Source: Candidatus Krumholzibacteriia bacterium
Lineage (GTDB): Bacteria; Krumholzibacteriota; Krumholzibacteriia; WVZY01; JAKEHA01
Length of the DNA stretch: 38,088 bases
Direction of reading: 5' to 3'
Assembly (NCBI GenBank): GCA_035279765.1
Contig: DATEHD010000123.1
Location: forward strand, 1-38,088
Shown: positions 18,664 through 25,747 of the stretch, in pieces
Numbering within the stretch: position 1 is the stretch's first letter
Layout of the letters: every line of letters begins with the position of its first letter
The notes under the pieces: generated by a model
What the model was told of the DNA's origin: nothing
Databases searched by the model: none
What the model saw: only the letters and a program-made list of their open reading frames with translations
Program-made: the position numbers and the translations under genes

Positions 18664-19088
18664 TACTTCACCTCCGGTCCGGTGGGAGTCTTCGTGTCGG
18701 TCATCGTATTAACGAAGGCCTTTTCGCCATTGACGCACACGGTCTGTTTGCCGTTTTCGCCAACGCGCATCACCATCACGTCACCATAGCGGCCGGCCGT
18801 GTCGAGAAACACGGTGCCATCGGGACGCGTGGTCTGGTTCAAGCCTTCGCTGTCGTGACGCAGAAGATTTTCCATGTCCGGATCGAGCGTCAATACGGCG
18901 TCTTCGGTCGGCGTGGAAGTCACGTTACCGTCCGCATCCAGGTACATCCGCATGGCGGCACCCGGATTCGACGTGAGCGTGGATTGCACAGCGGATTCGA
19001 AGGTATGAGCAGGCGACATCGCAATGACTGTCGCGACGCTCATTAGAAGCAGTAATACAGTAACCCCTACCCGTCGTTGTGATCTCAT
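18663..19088 (-). CDS. Small secreted protein of unknown function, translationally coupled to the metalloprotease
   Basis: Start chosen at MRSQRR (ATG 19088; AAGGGAG SD 5 nt upstream). Signal/TM segment VGVTVLLLLMSVATVIAMS. Its TAA stop shares one base with the protease ATG (TAATG). Confidence 0.6.
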   Translation of the reverse strand: MRSQRRVGVTVLLLLMSVATVIAMSPAHTFESAVQSTLTSNPGAAMRMYLDADGNVTSTPTEDAVLTLDPDMENLLRHDSEGLNQTTRPDGTVFLDTAGRYGDVMVMRVGENGKQTVCVNGEKAFVNTMTDTKTPTGPEVK

Positions 19089-19295
19089 GGGACTCCCTTT
19101 CAGGCTAGAGTTAACGGGTACCAAGCCATAAAACGGGTACTGCGGAGATTAGAAATCATATCATGTGTCGGTACTTCATTGTATAAGGGATTTTGCCAGT
19201 GGGCGCTGGCCCGGGCCGGGGCCCGATCAGGCAGGGTTTGGGCAGCCCGGAAATGGCCGTGCCCTCGTTCCATCGTGAGCCGTATACTCCCCGCC

Positions 19296-20022
19296 ATGAC
19301 GACTCACCGCGTGCTGGCCGTGATGGCCTTCGTATTGATGGGAGCGAGCCAGGGACAGGCCGCCGGCGAGGCGCCCAGGAGCGACGTGCCCGGCTGGGTG
19401 GCCCATGTGATCGAAGCGTACGGCGGCGAGAAGGCGCTGCGCGCCGTGCATGGCTACCACGCGACCGGCAACCAGTGGGCCGCGCAGCTCGACAAGCCCA
19501 TTCACACCGACCGCTGGTTCGCGCGACCGGACCGCCTGCGACTCGACCTCGACTATCCCGATCACCACGAGCTGCGGCTCACCAACGGCGCCGAAGGCTG
19601 GTCCGGTTCGACGAGCGACGATCTCACGCCCGCCAATGCGATGAAGCTCCAGGCCATGCGACTGCAGACCGTGCGCCTCGATCTGCCGCTGCGCCTCGTC
19701 GAGCAGAGCGACAAGATCGAATCGCGGGAGCCCGACGAAAATGGCCGCATCGTGCTGCGGCTCCCCATCGATGAAGGGCTATATATCGACTACCACATCG
19801 ATCCCAAGACCTGGCTCATCACGCACGCCACCACCGGCATGCCGGCCATGGAATTCTCCGCCGACTACGCCGATTTCCAGAAAGTGAACGGCGTGCTCGT
19901 GCCCTACCAAGGTGGTCTTCGCGGGCACCACCATGACGTCGAAATTCCAGGTGACGAGCTTCGAGTGGGATCCGAAGAATCTGGAGACCCAGCTCACGCC
20001 CGCCGCGGCCAAAAAACCGTAG
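19296..20022 (+). CDS. Secreted LolA-like / outer-membrane-lipoprotein-sorting-like protein with an apparent +1 frameshift near 19905-19910
   Basis: Signal peptide MTTHRVLAVMAFVLMGASQGQAAG. The body, HVIEAYGGEKALRAVHGYHATGN..., is typical of LolA-fold DUF proteins. After ...NGVLVPY the listed frame becomes low-complexity (QGGLRGHHHDVEIPGDEL...). The +1 frame instead reads KVVFAGTTMTSKFQVTSFEWDPKNLETQLTPAAAKKP* and stops at 20020-20022, just before the convergent gene's stop at 20026. Confidence 0.55.
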
Positions 20023-20025
20023 CTG

Positions 20026-20874
20026 CTAATTCCGGAACAACGCCTTCACGTTTCCCCACGACGCGACTCTCGTCGCCAGTGGCGCGCTCAAGTTGATCTG
20101 CAGGATCCCGCTCACATCGTTCCCGTCGTAAGACGACGTGAAACGGCACAGCACGGCACCGTCACTGCCATCGTCCGGCAATGGTGTGGACACGGGCGGT
20201 CCAGCCGGGTCGAGCAAGGCCCCACCCACAACCGCCGGTTGCCACGGCAGTGCATTGAGAGCCTGATTGTCGTCGCTGAGCGATGACGGATCCAGTGCCG
20301 CCGGAATGTGGACGAGATCGAGTTGCACCAGTGACATCGGCAACGGATTCGCATCGCTTACCTGCAGTGTGAACGACGGCCGGTCACTTTTCCGCGCGGT
20401 CTGCGGTGCCACCGGCGGCGGCGTCGATTGCCACAGGATCGTGAAGGTCGGCGTCTGCGTGACCGTACAGTCCGGCACCGTGGGATTGAGGTTGGACGGT
20501 TGCTTGAAGAACGTGAGGTTCGCGAGCTGCACCACCATGGGATTGTGCACGTCGACCGCGCACTTGAACTCCACGCTCACCTTCTCGTTCTTGTTGACGT
20601 TGTCGAGGTCAGTGACGACGAACGTGTCCATGGTGTTGTTGCCGTTGGGTTGGACTGCCGGGATGCCGAGCACGTTCGACGAGCCGCCCTCAAAAATGAA
20701 ATTGTGTACCGGTGTATTGCTCAGGAGTTCCATCTTCATGGTCTGGGCTCCATTGACGCAGGACTTGCCGGTGACAACCGCATCGATCTGGATGGCCGGC
20801 GCGCAGCCGAGGGCGAGCACTCCGCAGGCGCCTGCGGTGAGCAGAAGACGTTCGAGTGATAGCGAGAGGCGCAT
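20026..20874 (-). CDS. Lipoprotein of unknown function ending in a ...SWGNVKALFRN tail
   Basis: Start chosen at MRLSLSLERLLLTAGACGVLALGC (lipobox; GGAGG SD upstream of ATG 20874), not the upstream-extended ORF start at 21120. 282 aa, beta-rich, five further Cys. Locally lower GC (about 50% in hand-counted lines). Confidence 0.65.
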   Translation of the reverse strand: MRLSLSLERLLLTAGACGVLALGCAPAIQIDAVVTGKSCVNGAQTMKMELLSNTPVHNFIFEGGSSNVLGIPAVQPNGNNTMDTFVVTDLDNVNKNEKVSVEFKCAVDVHNPMVVQLANLTFFKQPSNLNPTVPDCTVTQTPTFTILWQSTPPPVAPQTARKSDRPSFTLQVSDANPLPMSLVQLDLVHIPAALDPSSLSDDNQALNALPWQPAVVGGALLDPAGPPVSTPLPDDGSDGAVLCRFTSSYDGNDVSGILQINLSAPLATRVASWGNVKALFRN

Positions 20875-21118
20875 GATATAAACCTCCGTCATGAGACCGA
20901 AAGGCGGACGATCATCCGGAATCCGGCCAGTTTTTGTGGTCCTTCTTAATAAGTAAATCCCGGGGTGGATAGAACCGAACAGGCGACCGCAAAGAATTCG
21001 GAGCGCTACCGCAGAAAAGAAGGCGACCTCAACTTTTTTTACGGTATTACGACTTTTCCAACCTATATATTGCCGATTGAGGGAGTATGTAACGCCCCGA
21101 TTATCGAAGGAGAGACCC

Positions 21119-21556
21119 ATGAAACACGCGTATGCAGCCCATCGCAGACACCCTGCGGCTGCCCCGGGTAAAGCGTGGATTCCGGTTCTGATGCTGTCGG
21201 TTGCGCTCGTGGCACTCGCGTGCGGATCGAGCGGCGGCGGCTATGGCAACCCGACCAATCCCGGCGGCGGAGGCGGTGGTGGCGGCGGCGGCACGAAGGA
21301 ATTGAACTCCGGGAATATTGCTCCCGGAGCTTCGTTCTCACACACGTTCGCCACGGCCGGCAGTTTCGCCTATCACTGCAACTTTCACTCGGTGATGAAA
21401 GGGACTGTGACCGTCAGCGCGTCCGCACCCAGTTCAGATGTACAGGTGAACATTACGAGCAGCAGCGCGCCTTTCCCCGGCGCCACCGTGAAGACGGGCG
21501 GCAAGGTGACATGGAAGAACAACACGGGGATGACGCACACAGTCACGAGCAACTAG
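21119..21556 (+). CDS. Cupredoxin (type-1 copper, plastocyanin/azurin-like) lipoprotein with poly-Gly linker
   Basis: Start at MKHAY (GAAGGAGAG SD). Lipobox LVALACGSS. A 10-Gly run. Copper loop YHCNFHSVMKGTV (C-x2-H-x4-M). Upstream-His strand GGKVTWKNNTGMTHTVTS is present but lies C-terminal to the loop. Confidence 0.8.
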   Translation: MKHAYAAHRRHPAAAPGKAWIPVLMLSVALVALACGSSGGGYGNPTNPGGGGGGGGGGTKELNSGNIAPGASFSHTFATAGSFAYHCNFHSVMKGTVTVSASAPSSDVQVNITSSSAPFPGATVKTGGKVTWKNNTGMTHTVTSN

Positions 21557-21572
21557 CTCCGTGCGGTGCGTG

Positions 21573-22451
21573 CTAATTGCGCGGCGAGAGCTGGCGCTGA
21601 ATGGCGTGTGCGAAGCGCCTGGGGGCCTCGGGATGTCGCGCCAGGTACAGAAGCGGCTCGAAGATCTCGAGCTCCATGAGCACGAACTTTCCGTCGTGGA
21701 TGACGCCGTCCACGCGCGCATAGGTGGGTAGTGCGGGTGCTGCCGTAATGCAGGCCCGCGCGCCCGCGATCCAATCTTCGGTCACATTCGCGTCCTCGTC
21801 GGTCCCGCCGTAATCGAACTGCACGCGGTATTCGCCCTGCTTCGCACGCTTGCGGATGGCGTGGCTGAAAACGCCGTCGAAGAACAACAGCGAGAGCTCC
21901 CCGTCGCTCATGATTTCCGGCAGGAACGGCTGGATCAGGAGATCGCGGTCCGCGAGGATCTTCGCCACATCGTCGTGATGCTTCGCGGCGTCTTCAAGAC
22001 GAAATCGATGCGTGAGATACGCCGAGCCCGAGATGCTGGGCTTGATCACGATCTCGTCCCATCCCTCGGCACGCGCCAGTGCCGCCACATCGGCGCGCTC
22101 GCCGCGCTTCACGACCACCGTGGGTATCACCGAGACGCCGGCCGCGGCCAGCTCGCGCAGGTAGCGCTTGTCGAAATTCCACTCGATGATCTCGCGTGCA
22201 TTGATCATGCGCACGCCGCTTCGGATGCGCGCCTCGAGCCACGCCCGGAATTCCACCAGCCGCGAGAAATAATCCCACGGCGTGCGGAACACAAGCGCGT
22301 CGAACGCGAGCCAGTCGACGGTGGCGTCGCTCCACACGGCGGGTTGGGAATCGATGCCGATCGCGGTGAGCGCGTCAACGAGGAGCAGATCGTCTTTGTA
22401 GAGGTTGGGCCACGCCGCGCTGGTGATGAGAGCGATACGCGGGCGGCTCAA
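21573..22451 (-). CDS. ATP-grasp domain protein (RimK/glutathione-synthetase-like ligase), substrate unknown
   Basis: 292 aa. N-terminal pre-ATP-grasp pattern RIALITSAAWPNL...FDALVFRTPWDYF. ATP-grasp core VIKPSISGSAY...LIQPFLPEI...GELSLLFF...YARVDGV...LMELEIFEP. TTG start overlaps the upstream TGA (TTGA). Confidence 0.8.
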   Translation of the reverse strand: MSRPRIALITSAAWPNLYKDDLLLVDALTAIGIDSQPAVWSDATVDWLAFDALVFRTPWDYFSRLVEFRAWLEARIRSGVRMINAREIIEWNFDKRYLRELAAAGVSVIPTVVVKRGERADVAALARAEGWDEIVIKPSISGSAYLTHRFRLEDAAKHHDDVAKILADRDLLIQPFLPEIMSDGELSLLFFDGVFSHAIRKRAKQGEYRVQFDYGGTDEDANVTEDWIAGARACITAAPALPTYARVDGVIHDGKFVLMELEIFEPLLYLARHPEAPRRFAHAIQRQLSPRN

Positions 22452-23401
22452 TGCTTGCCCTCGATCGGACTTGTCGTTTTGGGGCCCTCGCTGGCGCTGA
22501 GAATGCTCTGGAGCACCTCATTATAGTAGGGCTTCTCCTTGAGGCTCGCATACTCGCCCGGGAACAGCACCGCGGTGAGCTCCACCGCATGATCGTTGAA
22601 ATTGCTCAGTACGAGCGCACAGCGCTGGCCGTCGGTGAGACGCAAATTGTCGATCATCGGAAAATCGAAGAAGCTCACCGTGAAGGTGACCACCTTGGTC
22701 TGGCGCCCCTGGTTCGGGTCCGGCGTTTCCACGCTGAGGCTCACCGTCACTTCGCGATTGATGCGATCGACTTGCACGATATCGATGGCGAAACCGGTTT
22801 CGACCCCGTCCAGCGTCATCGTCTCGGGGTCGAGGGACGTGCCGTCAGGATCACTGGAGAGATCAACGGTGCGATCGAAGCGCTTCCCCACGCCTTCCAG
22901 CACGATCATCTGCTTGCGCGCGATCTCGCGCGCCACATTCTCGAGCCGCTCCTTGTACTCCGCAAACTCTTCCTTGCGCGCGCCCGCCGGGGCGGTCTCC
23001 TCCGAGTGACGGATGCGCCTCGTCAGGTCGAGGAAGAGCGGCTTCAGGTTGAGCGACTCATGGAAGTTGTATGCAAGAAGCTCGAGGCTCAGGACATCGT
23101 TGTTGATATCATTCTTGTCGGAACTGAGAAACGACGAAATGATCGAGACCAGCATGTCCTTGCGCAGCGCGCTTTCAGATTCTTCGCGCCGGCTCATGAG
23201 CTCGGAGTAGAGGCGCACGTTGGTCTCGACCGCCTGCCGGCGGTCGAGCCTGCTCGAGGTGATGAAGCCGAACATGGCGATGGCGAGCGCTGTCAAGGCT
23301 CCGCCCATCGGGGCCAGCAGGATCTGCATCTTGTCCCAGTTGTCTTTGCGCCGGTGCGACTCGATGCGCTCTTCTGGCGCTTTGATCTCGACGTCGGCCA
23401 T
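22448..23401 (-). CDS. Single-pass membrane protein, unknown family
   Basis: 317 aa. Basic cytoplasmic N-terminus, one TM (ILLAPMGGALTALAIAMFGFITS), then a helical segment and a beta-rich C-terminal domain. No motif I recognise. GC dips locally to about 43-52% in hand-counted lines 23041-23160. Confidence 0.65.
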   Translation of the reverse strand: MADVEIKAPEERIESHRRKDNWDKMQILLAPMGGALTALAIAMFGFITSSRLDRRQAVETNVRLYSELMSRREESESALRKDMLVSIISSFLSSDKNDINNDVLSLELLAYNFHESLNLKPLFLDLTRRIRHSEETAPAGARKEEFAEYKERLENVAREIARKQMIVLEGVGKRFDRTVDLSSDPDGTSLDPETMTLDGVETGFAIDIVQVDRINREVTVSLSVETPDPNQGRQTKVVTFTVSFFDFPMIDNLRLTDGQRCALVLSNFNDHAVELTAVLFPGEYASLKEKPYYNEVLQSILSASEGPKTTSPIEGKH

Positions 23402-23404
23402 TGC

Positions 23405-23770
23405 CTATTTCCGGCGCACGGTGAGCTTGCCGTCCTTTTCTTCAACCAGAAGATCGTAGCGGGTGGGCTCTTTGTACGAGAACACCTCGAGGGTCGCCGT
23501 CTTCTTGCCGAGGAACACGGTGAGCGTGCACTTGCCTTCCGCCTTCACCATGACCTTGTAGGAACCGACCTTGTCACACTTCACCGAGTCGATGGGCGCG
23601 GGCGCTTCCTTGGGATCCTTGGGATCTTTGGGCGCGGCCTGCACCGTGATGAGTGTGTTTTCGGCCGCGGGCTTGCCCGCAATCTTCACGTCGCCGAACA
23701 GACGCCCGGCGTATGCGCTCGTGGCTCCCAGCGCAATCAACATCAAAGCCGCGGTTGCGTGCTTTCGCAT
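23405..23770 (-). CDS. Small secreted beta-sandwich-like protein (CarboxypepD_reg-like pattern), unknown function
   Basis: ATG at 23770 preferred (GGAGG 8 nt upstream) over the TTG at 23776. Signal peptide MRKHATAALMLIALGATSAYA. Contains a KDPKDPKE linker and two Cys. Its stop lies 3 nt before the next gene's ATG. Confidence 0.6.
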   Translation of the reverse strand: MRKHATAALMLIALGATSAYAGRLFGDVKIAGKPAAENTLITVQAAPKDPKDPKEAPAPIDSVKCDKVGSYKVMVKAEGKCTLTVFLGKKTATLEVFSYKEPTRYDLLVEEKDGKLTVRRK

Positions 23771-23890
23771 GTTCAATTCCTCCCTGCTGTGGAAAATCGG
23801 GGCGGCGTCGGGCCGGGCGTAATTGTGCTGGCCCGGCCCGAGACATCCTAGCAGACCAGCGCGCGCGCGCCAATCAGAGGCATTGGGGAA

Positions 23891-24655
23891 TTATTTCTCG
23901 CAGTTGCAGTCGGTTCCCGCGTACTCGTCGTGGAGCTTGACCCAGCTCTGTCCGTCAGTCTCGTCGCGGCCCCTGGGAACGATGTCGAGATAGTTGTACG
24001 CGGTGTTGAGCAGATCGATCCCGCGCGCGTACGCCGAATAGGTGTGAAAGATCTGCCCCGACTCATCGCGGCAAAACACGCTCACGCCTTCGCGCTCGGA
24101 CTGATGCGGATCCTGCATCGCGAAGTTGTAGAATACCTTTCCCTTCTTCATGTCGGCCTCCGAGAAGGACACCCCGTAGTCGAAGTTGAAAGGACCGTCG
24201 CCCGACGAGACCCATTGGAACGTCCAGCCCATGCGCTTCTGGAACGCCTTGATCTTGTCCATGGGCGCACGCGATACCGCGATCATGCTGACATCGCGGG
24301 CGTTCAGGTGCGCGATGACGCCGTTGAAGTTGTCGGCCCAGAACGAGCAGCCGAAGCACGCAGCGTCCTCGGTCCACGAGGTGTCCGGCGTCGCCGCCTT
24401 CGGATGGAACATGGCGTGATAGACGACAAGCTGAGTGCGCCCCTCGAAGAGATCCGCGAGCGTGCGCTTGCCGGTGGCGGTATCGAACTCGTAGTTCGCC
24501 GTCACCCTTTCCCATGGCAGGGCCCGGCGCGCTGCGGAGAGCTCGTCGCGCAGGCGCGTGAACTCCTTCTCCTTCTTCAAGAATGTGGTGCGCGCGGCGA
24601 TCCAGTCGTCGTGCGAGACAACTTTGTGTCTTGTGATTCCGCTCTCCGTTTTCAT
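23891..24655 (-). CDS. DUF899 family thioredoxin-fold protein
   Basis: 254 aa. HDDWIAARTTFLKKEKEFTRLRDELSAARRALPWERV, CFGCSFWADNFNGVIAHLNARDV and FHTYSAYARGIDLLNTAYNYLD are characteristic of DUF899. Confidence 0.85.
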   Translation of the reverse strand: MKTESGITRHKVVSHDDWIAARTTFLKKEKEFTRLRDELSAARRALPWERVTANYEFDTATGKRTLADLFEGRTQLVVYHAMFHPKAATPDTSWTEDAACFGCSFWADNFNGVIAHLNARDVSMIAVSRAPMDKIKAFQKRMGWTFQWVSSGDGPFNFDYGVSFSEADMKKGKVFYNFAMQDPHQSEREGVSVFCRDESGQIFHTYSAYARGIDLLNTAYNYLDIVPRGRDETDGQSWVKLHDEYAGTDCNCEK

Positions 24656-24659
24656 GTCC

Positions 24660-24824
24660 TCACCGCTCCTTCGTGTTTTCGCACTGCTTGCAGTCGGAGT
24701 TTGTACCTGTTTGAACTGCGGGTTTTCTGATTACGAACCGCGCGGCGACAAATGTCGCCAGCCCGCCGGACGAAACGGCGGCCAGCGCGAGCACGGCTGT
24801 TCGCATCATGCATATCGGACACAT
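24660..24824 (-). CDS. Small membrane protein (54 aa) with N- and C-terminal CxxC motifs
   Basis: MCPICMMRTAVLALAAVSSGGLATFVAARFVIRKPAVQTGTNSDCKQCENTKER. GGAAGGAG SD 6 nt upstream of the ATG. Fills the gap between the ArsR and DUF899 genes on the same strand. Not in the ORF track. Confidence 0.4.
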   Translation of the reverse strand: MCPICMMRTAVLALAAVSSGGLATFVAARFVIRKPAVQTGTNSDCKQCENTKER

Positions 24825-24863
24825 GTTGATCTCCTTCCCAAGGTGCGCGCTGTCGCGCGCCGC

Positions 24864-25256
24864 TTACTCGTGCTCGAGGAATTCCTTGAGCCGGCCGAGT
24901 GCGTCATCCCACTGTTTCGATATCAGCTCGAGATAGTCGTGCACGTCGTCGAGCCGCGCCGGCTCGAGCTCCCAGATGCGCTCGCGTCCGCGGCGCCGGC
25001 TGCGCACAAGGCCGGCTGCCGAAAGCACCTCGAGGTGCTTGGTGATGGCCTGCCGCGATACATCGGAGCCCTCCGCGAGCCGCGTAATCGATCCCGGCCC
25101 GCGCGACGATAACCTCGTGACCAGCCCGAGGCGTGTCTCGTCGCCGAGGGCGGCAAAGAGCGGCGCCGCCTGGCGGGGATGGAGGCGCGAACGCGCTCCC
25201 ACCCGCACCATCGGCCCCAGCCGCTTGCGTGACGATGCCGTGCTACTGTTCGACAT
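24864..25256 (-). CDS. ArsR/SmtB family transcriptional regulator
   Basis: 130 aa. Winged-HTH LFAALGDETRLGLVTRLSSRGPGSITRLAEGSDVSRQAITKHLEVLSAAGLV. The start may instead be the internal Met at 25211. The 25256 start overlaps the SRPBCC gene by 14 nt. Confidence 0.8.
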   Translation of the reverse strand: MSNSSTASSRKRLGPMVRVGARSRLHPRQAAPLFAALGDETRLGLVTRLSSRGPGSITRLAEGSDVSRQAITKHLEVLSAAGLVRSRRRGRERIWELEPARLDDVHDYLELISKQWDDALGRLKEFLEHE

Positions 25257-25701
25257 AGCGCTGAAGCTTGAGGATCTGACCTTCCCAGCCTGCGGTGTTC
25301 TTGCGAAACGCCTCGTCGCGGCGGTCGGCCGGAATCCCGTCGAAGCCCGACTCCGTCACCGTGAGCAGTGTCCCGCCGTTGTCATCCTGCAGGCGGAACT
25401 CGACGAGCGTCTTGGGCTCGGTGGAATAATCGCGCTCCGGCTCGCATGCGTACGGATGCCAGCGATACGAGAAGAGCGTCTCGGGTTCGATTTTCTCCAC
25501 CGTGTACTCGACCAGAATGTGTCCCTTGCCGGAAACGGGGTGTTTGCCACGCACCGTCTTCCCGGCCTGGAAGGGCCCGTCCAGCGTGATGCCGAACCAC
25601 TGGCCAAACTCGACGGAGTTGGTGAGTGCCTGCCACACGCGCTTCCGCGGGGCCTTCAGAGCGATCTGTCGTTCAATTCGATCCATTGTTGTTGCGGTCA
25701 T
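25243..25701 (-). CDS. SRPBCC superfamily protein (AHSA1/Aha1-like)
   Basis: IERQIALKAPRKRVWQALTNSVEFGQWFG...LLTVTESGFD...GWEGQILKLQRYVE. ATG at 25701 preferred (AGGAGG 6 nt upstream) over the TTG at 25707. Confidence 0.85.
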   Translation of the reverse strand: MTATTMDRIERQIALKAPRKRVWQALTNSVEFGQWFGITLDGPFQAGKTVRGKHPVSGKGHILVEYTVEKIEPETLFSYRWHPYACEPERDYSTEPKTLVEFRLQDDNGGTLLTVTESGFDGIPADRRDEAFRKNTAGWEGQILKLQRYVEQ

Positions 25702-25731
25702 ATGCAACCTCCTGATTGCATGTTACGACAC

Positions 25732-25747
25732 GCAACCAGACGGTTGC
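25732..25747. promoter_or_regulatory. Candidate operator palindrome in the SRPBCC-ArsR operon promoter
   Basis: GCAACC-AGAC-GGTTGC, a perfect 6-4-6 inverted repeat. On the minus strand it lies inside a TTGCAA-N18-TAACAT promoter-like arrangement about 30 nt upstream of the SRPBCC start. Confidence 0.4.

Noticed and set aside
19179-19295. N-terminal extensions of several ORF-track entries (19179-19295, 20875-21120, 31200-31328, 31076-31351, 34527-34670, 2971-3012, 3095-3205)
   Set aside because: The extensions begin at weak or alternative start codons and lack an SD. They translate to Arg/Pro-rich sequence and precede an internal Met that has a good SD and an immediate signal peptide or conserved N-terminus.
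21263-21292. Run of ten Gly codons as a possible phase-variable simple repeat
   Set aside because: The codons are mixed (GGC/GGA/GGT), so it is not a perfect slippage-prone tract. It encodes a plausible flexible linker after the lipobox.
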